From Geosiphon pyriformis uo1 (lineage: Eukaryota > Fungi > Glomeromycota): DNA of 5,486 nucleotides. The notes under the pieces were generated by a model that saw only the letters and a program-made list of their open reading frames with translations, made no database searches and was not told where the DNA came from. The translations under genes were made by a program, and so were the position numbers. Location of the stretch: contig JAAOMT010000345.1 in assembly GCA_016748015.1 (NCBI GenBank), positions 1-5,486 on the forward strand. The letters are read 5' to 3'. This document shows positions 1-5,486 of the stretch, one piece after another; position 1 is the stretch's first letter; every line of letters begins with the position of its first letter.

Positions 1-13
1 CCCCCCCCCCCCC

Positions 14-108
14 CCCCCCCCCCACAACTTGGATGCCTGTAATTAGCTCCATCCCCAGGCCCTATTGGTTACAGTTGGTTTATGGCCTGGATATTTTGGG
101 AGTCCTGT
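14..108 (+). repeat. Terminal direct repeat, left copy (95 bp identical to 5392-5486)
   Basis: C10-ACAACTTGGATGCC...GGGAGTCCTGT occurs at both window ends with an offset of 5378. The upstream C tract differs between copies (C23 versus T-C9-A-C10). Confidence 0.95.
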
Positions 109-1995
109 ATCATGGCCCCCATACCTTTGAGTCATTAGGATCCATTAGTGGAGGGATAGATGGACTTGGGGGCTTCCCGTCAGGATCCCTCAATATGAGT
201 AGTCATTGGATGGATTGGGTATCCTCAGGTTTACAGGATGTTTATATGGTATGGTATCCTATAGTTAGTAGAGTAGAATTAGGGATAAGCACCCCACATA
301 TGTATTATTTGGTATTGAGAGTGTATTGGACTTCCTGCTTAGGTAGCCGTTCACAGGATGGACTATAGTGTAGTTGACGGTAGTTGGGGATTGGAGGTAC
401 CAGTAGGGGTTTGCTGTCCTTGGGGACCTATTGAGTATCCCACCCCCCCCCACAAGGAGGATACTCCTCATAATGGACCCTGTGATATCTGGTATGAGTT
501 AGTGGGAGGGTTGCCTTTATGGATAGGGTTTGATAGGGCTTACTGTGATGCTACGTTACTCCAATATTGATTTAGAGGTTACTTAATTACCTTGTGTAAG
601 TTACCTTGTTGGAAGAGTAGTAGTTATAGTGGTACTCATATTTAGGACAGTTTCTTATTGCTCCCTCTGGGGAAGGACTCATACCAAATCAATACCATAT
701 CAGTAGGGTTTGTTTGTTGGCAGTACCTGACTTTGACTTTGAAGTGTTCAAGTAGTGAGTTTTGATACTTTGCAGTGTTGTCGCCTCCACTACCTTACTA
801 CCCACCAGGTCAACTCTTATTAGTGATTGTCATTGGGCATATATGAGCATGTATTGGAAAACAAAAGGCCATAAGCTTACCCCCCTCTCATTTTGTACTT
901 AGAAACAGGACCTCCCGTAAGTAATGAGTACAGTAGTTGAGGATCCCTTTACTCAGCTACCATGGATTGGTCAGTATTAAAGCTATGATTTATGGTATAG
1001 TAAGAATGATCCCTCCTAACAATGGTTTGGAGTACACTGTGAGGTATGGTGATAGTGGTTGAATGGAGGATTATTGAGTGGGTACTGTTGGTCCTAGGGG
1101 CCTGGTTATACAAGTACTCCCCTTGCATATTGGTCATAAGAGCCCTTTTTTGTTGAGAAAGCTAGCAGCCTTAAAAGCCAAAGCTCCCATCACCACAAAG
1201 CACTAACTGTTACTTGGTAGCCAAAGGATCCCAGTAGCCATCAAGCTCTAAACACTGTTTGGAGTACTGGTAGCCTCTATATATTCTGGAGTCTGTACCT
1301 CATAACCAATACTCGTATCTTTTAATACCCCTTAATCTATGAGGAGACAGCGCAGTACAGGGCAAATACTGTTATGAGTCAGGTATCCCTGCTTCCAATA
1401 CGGGTTCTTATAGAGAGGATTAGTAGTTGTAGGAGCTTACTCATACTAAGGGGACGTATGGTAATTAGGTACATACAAATGGTATAAGGGCTAATTTGGT
1501 TTTTGTTATTTGGAGAAGACAAGTTACCATACAAGCTGTTGGGGTCCGATTGGTAAGGCTCTGATTTCTAGGGATACTCTAACATACCCCTTACTGGCCT
1601 TTACTTTGAAATGGTACTGGTTGAGTACTTAAAGCTCTTTACCAAAGGGGCCTTCCTGATCATACTTTGAATCCCAGTTATTGGATACATGCCCAGTCGG
1701 TCCCTAAGTAGCCTCTAGCTCCCTATAAATGGCTACTACAAAACTGGTTCTTTACTTTCTAGACCCTACAAGTACTCCAATCCCGCCATCCCTCCAGATA
1801 GATCCTCTAGTCCTACAATATGATCCTCCATAAGTACTCATACCAAAGACTACTTTATCAGGGATTATCTCGTATCCTAAGGTATCCCCAATACAATACC
1901 CACTGGTACTTACCAATCTTGCTACTACTCTTACCTATCTATCAACTAGACCTCACTCCTTTACTTTGGACTCATTGGGTATCCACCACTTACTG

Positions 1996-2127
1996 CTCCC
2001 CCCCCCCCACCCGTCGGGGACGGGGGGAGTGTGATGCCCCCTCCCACCCTACCCCCCCCCCAAAGGGGGAATGAGGTAGGCTCCCTGGGCTAAAACCCCC
2101 CCCCACAAAAACCCCCTTTTGGGGGGT
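1996..2127. repeat. C/G homopolymer-rich low-complexity block with short inverted repeats and a minus-strand G-quadruplex motif
   Basis: C runs at 1998-2008, 2052-2061 and 2096-2104. Hairpins CCCGTC-GGG-GACGGG (2010-2024), CCCCC-AAA-GGGGG (2057-2069) and ACCCCC-TTTTG-GGGGGT (2111-2127). Minus strand 2061-2037 reads G10-TA-GGG-T-GGG-A-G5. Confidence 0.8.
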
Positions 2128-2435
2128 ACATCTGGGACCACTGAGGATGACTGATCATATTCGAGATACCCGGTGGCCCTACCATCATGCCTACCTCCAG
2201 TATGGTTGGCACACTCTATTAGGTCTGGTAGAGCAACTCTTCTCTGAATACCCAACTCTGTACAGGGTTTATCAACTACCACTCCCCTGCTACACATATT
2301 AGACATTATGCGCTATACACACCCCTATGATATCCTGTACGTATCCATCCAGTCCTATATTGATCTACCTGTATTAGCATACCAAACTACATGCCATAAC
2401 CTGGTTGATATTCTGAGGTTACTATATGGGATAGC

Positions 2436-2549
2436 CTGGAGTCATGTATTCCCTTTGTAGTTAGCAATGCCTCTATCCATAGGAGATTGGTATCACACTA
2501 CCTTTGATTGGTACCATATCCCATATATCCACTAGCCAGTTGGACTTAC
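2436..2549 (-). other. Spliceosomal intron 2 of the transposase pseudogene (114 nt, phase 0)
   Basis: Minus strand has a GTAAGT donor at 2549 and a GCTAAC branch site (2465-2460). The CAG acceptor ending at 2436 puts exon 2 in frame with the HTH-coding frame, which is also the frame of supplied ORF 2049..2306. A nearer AAG at 2453 would give a different frame, so the acceptor is less certain than the donor. Confidence 0.65.
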
Positions 2550-2710
2550 TTCTGTAGTTTGTGTGTCAAATAGAGGTCCGAGTATGGCATTTATCCCTCA
2601 GTACTCAAACTCTGATACCTCGCTAGTGACAGACCTTCCTAATCTCAGATGTTATTGATACCAAGGCATCCTATCTACCTGTATATTGTTCAGTCCCTCT
2701 ACAAGATCAG

Positions 2711-2789
2711 CTAGTAGAAGTTGTGTTAGCAAGGGTAGTTCTTGTCTGTGGTTGTATCAGATATAGCTAGCTGACTATTCAACACGTAC
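2711..2789 (-). other. Spliceosomal intron 1 of the transposase pseudogene (79 nt, phase 1)
   Basis: Minus strand reads CAG|GTACGT (donor at 2789), GCTAAC branch site (2730-2725), then CTAG| acceptor ending at 2711. Splicing joins ...DDLPIHPP to ADLVEG... in frame. Confidence 0.75.
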
Positions 2790-5391
2790 CTGGTGGATGG
2801 ATAGGTAGATCGTCGATAACCACATAATCCTGGATATTAGAGGTGTACTCAAAAAGATCGACTCTTATTAGATATATTCAGATACAATATTAGATTGGAT
2901 TCCAGAGGGATGTGGTAGATTCTATGAAGATTCGATTCAACATCTGACATGACACCTCTCTTAATCGGGATCTGGAGGAAGGGTTGCTGCCATGTAGAAA
3001 ATACTGAATCTTTGATTAGTTGTTGGTCGGGGAGTGTCAATAACTCCTAGTCGTTAAAGTAATGAATAAAGAGTATGGTATCTTAGGGATAGTATATTGT
3101 GGTATTGTTGTATCCTCGCCTCCTTACTCTAGCCTCCTGGTACATGGCTAAATCTGCTAACCTTGTAGTGACAACCTCCTGCTATTGTTGGTGAGGGAGG
3201 TCTTGGAGTTAGATACAGGGGTAGAGCTACTGTTGTTTGAGTGGATCCGTAGTTGCTGGCAGTTATAGCATGGGAGAGGTTACCCTATCTGTGGTTAGAC
3301 AAGTAGACATCCAAGTTCATGCTGTATTCTCCTTTATTGCCATGATTGTGATTGCTATTGGTACTGATCTTAATGAGTAGCTTGCTCTATATATGCTGCC
3401 TGTGTACTCACTATAAGGAAGATATTGATTGCCCGTAGTTCCCTACTCAGTTATGTAGTAACAGTTGTATGGTGGGTATTACATGCTGCTCTCAGATATA
3501 CAAGTCAGGATCTGGTTGTGGGTGGCAGACCTTCTACTTCATGCGCTGCTTTTAGTCGGTTCCAGAGTGGTTTGGCTCCTGCAGATATTCCCACCTGTGC
3601 CATTGGCATGTTAGATCCCACTTCATAGGTACTAGATAGTGTATTATGGATACCTACACATATTTGATTATTGTGCCATGAAGAATTTGGTAGCTCCCTA
3701 TTAGACTTGTGGCTAATACTTGATCGGACCTGGGTTATAACTTTACTCAGCTAACTAATCTGATGATAGATTCTAAGTTCACTAGCTTGCTATCCATATT
3801 ATACCTTCAGTATATCCTAACTATTAGACTGGATCTTTGTTATTGGTTACATGGTATGGAGTAAGGATTTTTTGATACCCATTTTTATTGTGTCCTTATG
3901 TTTGGATGGTGGGTTGGGTTATTATCCTATTTGACTTGCGAGGGACCAGTTACTACAGACCCCCCCCCTTATGACCATGCCAAAGTCTTACAGCTCTACT
4001 GATAGTATGAGTACTCCCCAAGGACTTACATTTCTCACATATAATCATGTTGGACCCTAAGGGGAGATATTAGATGCCTGTCAACTTACCTGTAAGGACC
4101 CATATCCCTTTACTGACATGATAGTCCTTATGATACCTGCCTCTACCACTGTACCCAATAGACTTAGATCTTCACAGTTATATATCTTACATTTACAAGG
4201 GTCTAACTTGCCAAGCATATCAACCACACATCCATAACACTCCTCCTGGAAGGTCAAGATCCCCTAGTAACCCCCCCTGAGCTACTCCCTGAGGATTTAG
4301 GATCTGAGACCTTCTACCCAGTGATACAGTACAAATACATGAGTAGCAGCACCCCCCCCCCCTTTTTTGGCCATCCTGGTCTCTTGACAGTAAATTGTGT
4401 TGTACACCTACCAGTTATTACCTCTAGTGAATGAGTAACATCATGGGCAAGAGGTATTCCCTAATGATAGTTGCATACTTGTCCTACCCCTAATAGCCCT
4501 GTTAAAAATAAGGAGTGCTAGGTATTACAATTACATACAGTCTCATGGCTAATATCCTAAATACTTGCAACTATTGGAGTCTAACACTTACCTATCTCTA
4601 GAAAGGAATGATACTTCCCCATCAAATGATTACCCAGCACCTCTCCATGGCCAGGGGTCTCAATCTAATCCTCATTGCATATCCTCAGGGTTCTTTAGTG
4701 TCCGGACAGGGCAATTACCAGTACTTTACTCTTATGGCTTATGGAGGAGCTAGCCTTTATACTTAGAGTTATAATCAGTACCAATGGTTAGATAGCTTAC
4801 CTACCTCCTTAACAGTGGATGGGGCCAGCTCACATTACAAGTACAGTTGCATCATGAGGTGATAACGGATAACCAGCCGTATCTAACTGAATCCTCACAT
4901 GGGATAGCTAGTTTCATGAAGATGCCATGCTCTACAATGAAGGACTTACTAAAGACCCATGATAGAGCCCCTTGCCATGTCAGTATTGTGATAGAAGTTT
5001 ATTGGTAAACCCGTTAGTACTAAAAGAGCTTATGGCCAGATGTTATACAACTTAATTACTGGGACTGTACTTTGTAATAAGGGATCAGTCTTACTGTACT
5101 CTGATAAGGTTACCACCTGGGTAGTATTGACCCTTGTTGGTTTTTATAAGGGTGTTTGCAGTACCCATCAAGTCCTTGGCCTGCTACTGTGAGTTTAGTA
5201 TTGAGCCAGCCCCCAAGTAGTGCTCCTCAATGGATTGGACTTTGAAAACGGTACGCCTAATATGGATCTCTGGATATACGGCTATTTGTCCCTTACCATC
5301 CCTTATGACCAATCCTATTATCAACAGCCCGGCCAAATACCCCATACCCATGAGGCGGTCGGCTGCCATAGGCATTAGGCTCCCCCCCCCA

Positions 5392-5486
5392 CCCCCCCCC
5401 CACAACTTGGATGCCTGTAATTAGCTCCATCCCCAGGCCCTATTGGTTACAGTTGGTTTATGGCCTGGATATTTTGGGAGTCCTGT
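5392..5486 (+). repeat. Terminal direct repeat, right copy (identical to 14-108)
   Basis: Direct base-by-base comparison with the window start. The match runs to the last base of the window. Confidence 0.95.

Larger units (their letters stand above)
862..2993 (-). pseudogene. Degenerate, intron-containing PIF/Harbinger-superfamily DDE transposase (HARBI1-like; HTH_Tnp_4 plus DDE_Tnp_4-type core), broken by stops and at least one frameshift
   Basis: Manual minus-strand translation after removing introns 2711-2789 and 2436-2549. Exon 2 (2710-2550) gives ...PWYQ*HLRLGRSVTSEVSEFEY*GINAILGPLFDTQTTE, resembling the Harbinger 'F..hFRMsr..F..L...l.P.l....T' helix. Exon 3 gives RLWHVVWYANTGRSI*DWMDTYRIS*GCV*RIMSNMC (2402-2292), which matches the spacing of the Harbinger HTH 'RL.....YLATG.S.......F.IS.STV.RI....C'. 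Downstream come YWKQGYLTHN (from 1400), then D*GVLKDTSIGYE/GTDSRIYR (1337-1276, frameshift at about 1299; cf. 'D..grF.dv.iGwpGs.hDsRif'), LVLCGDGSF...ALMT (about 1206-1132; cf. 'yllGDsaY...LmTP') and a weak *AYGLL (879-862; cf. 'E.AFG.L'). The first catalytic 'GAIDGTH' motif and the catalytic Glu were not confidently located. The start (ATG 2993 or in-frame ATG 2943) and the 3' end are uncertain. Confidence 0.72.
24..5401 (-). mobile_element. Decayed DNA transposon-derived repeat unit (PIF/Harbinger-like), 5378-bp period; true termini not identified
   Basis: The unit contains the transposase relic and shows a repeat-silencing mutation signature (CpG depleted, TpA rich) along its whole length. 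Unit length comes from the terminal direct repeat offset. No convincing TIR pair or TWA target-site duplication was found, so the boundaries are inferred. Confidence 0.45.

Noticed and set aside
14-108. Terminal direct repeat as an LTR pair
   Set aside because: It has no TG...CA ends, PBS or PPT, and the repeat is cut off exactly at the window end, as expected for an overlap or tandem junction.
2016-2036. Polypurine tract plus TGT as the start of a Gypsy 3' LTR (GGGGACGGGGGGAG-TGTGATG)
   Set aside because: There is no second LTR copy, and I recognised no integrase or chromodomain motifs upstream on the plus strand.
2806-2823. Minus-strand VVIDDL as a reverse-transcriptase YxDD motif
   Set aside because: It lacks the Tyr and the surrounding RT motifs, and it lies in exon 1 of the transposase relic.
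862-2993. Stop-codon reassignment (TAA/TAG = Gln) making the transposase intact
   Set aside because: TGA stops also occur in frame (for example in exon 2), and a frameshift interrupts the GYEG-DSRI motif at about 1299. Transition damage explains these better.
33-5424. Supplied short ORFs as functional genes
   Set aside because: All are 62-111 aa with no recognisable full domain. Only 2049..2306 and 949..1137 lie in the transposase pseudogene frames, as fragments between stops. The rest look like chance frames.
1-5486. Small circular virus or plasmid genome suggested by the terminal redundancy
   Set aside because: I found no long ORF and no Rep/HUH, helicase or capsid motifs. Spliceosomal introns and pervasive stops point to decayed nuclear repeat DNA.
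1-5486. CRISPR array, tRNA or rRNA genes, or a prokaryotic operon
   Set aside because: I saw no regularly spaced repeats, cloverleaf or rRNA signatures, or dense coding frames.

Overview
No intact gene is present, and the short ORFs in the supplied track are fragments or chance frames. The window reads as eukaryotic, most likely fungal, repeat DNA heavily damaged by C-to-T transitions. I counted about 48 CpG by hand in 5.5 kb, TpA is abundant, and there are many in-frame stops. On the minus strand (about 2993 to 860) I can reconstruct a spliced pseudogene with two fungal-type introns (GTACGT or GTAAGT donor, GCTAAC branch site, YAG acceptor). Its exons carry, in the correct order, the N-terminal helix, the HTH and catalytic-core motifs of a PIF/Harbinger (HARBI1-like, DDE_Tnp_4) transposase. 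The window ends repeat exactly over 95 bp (14-108 = 5392-5486), so it is either one 5378-bp unit of a tandem array or circle, or an assembly overlap. Other points of interest are strand-biased poly-C tracts, three of which end in the same C9-10ACAA motif, a G-quadruplex/hairpin block inside the transposase, and a possible relic second ORF. All family calls come from motif recognition by eye, not from database searches.
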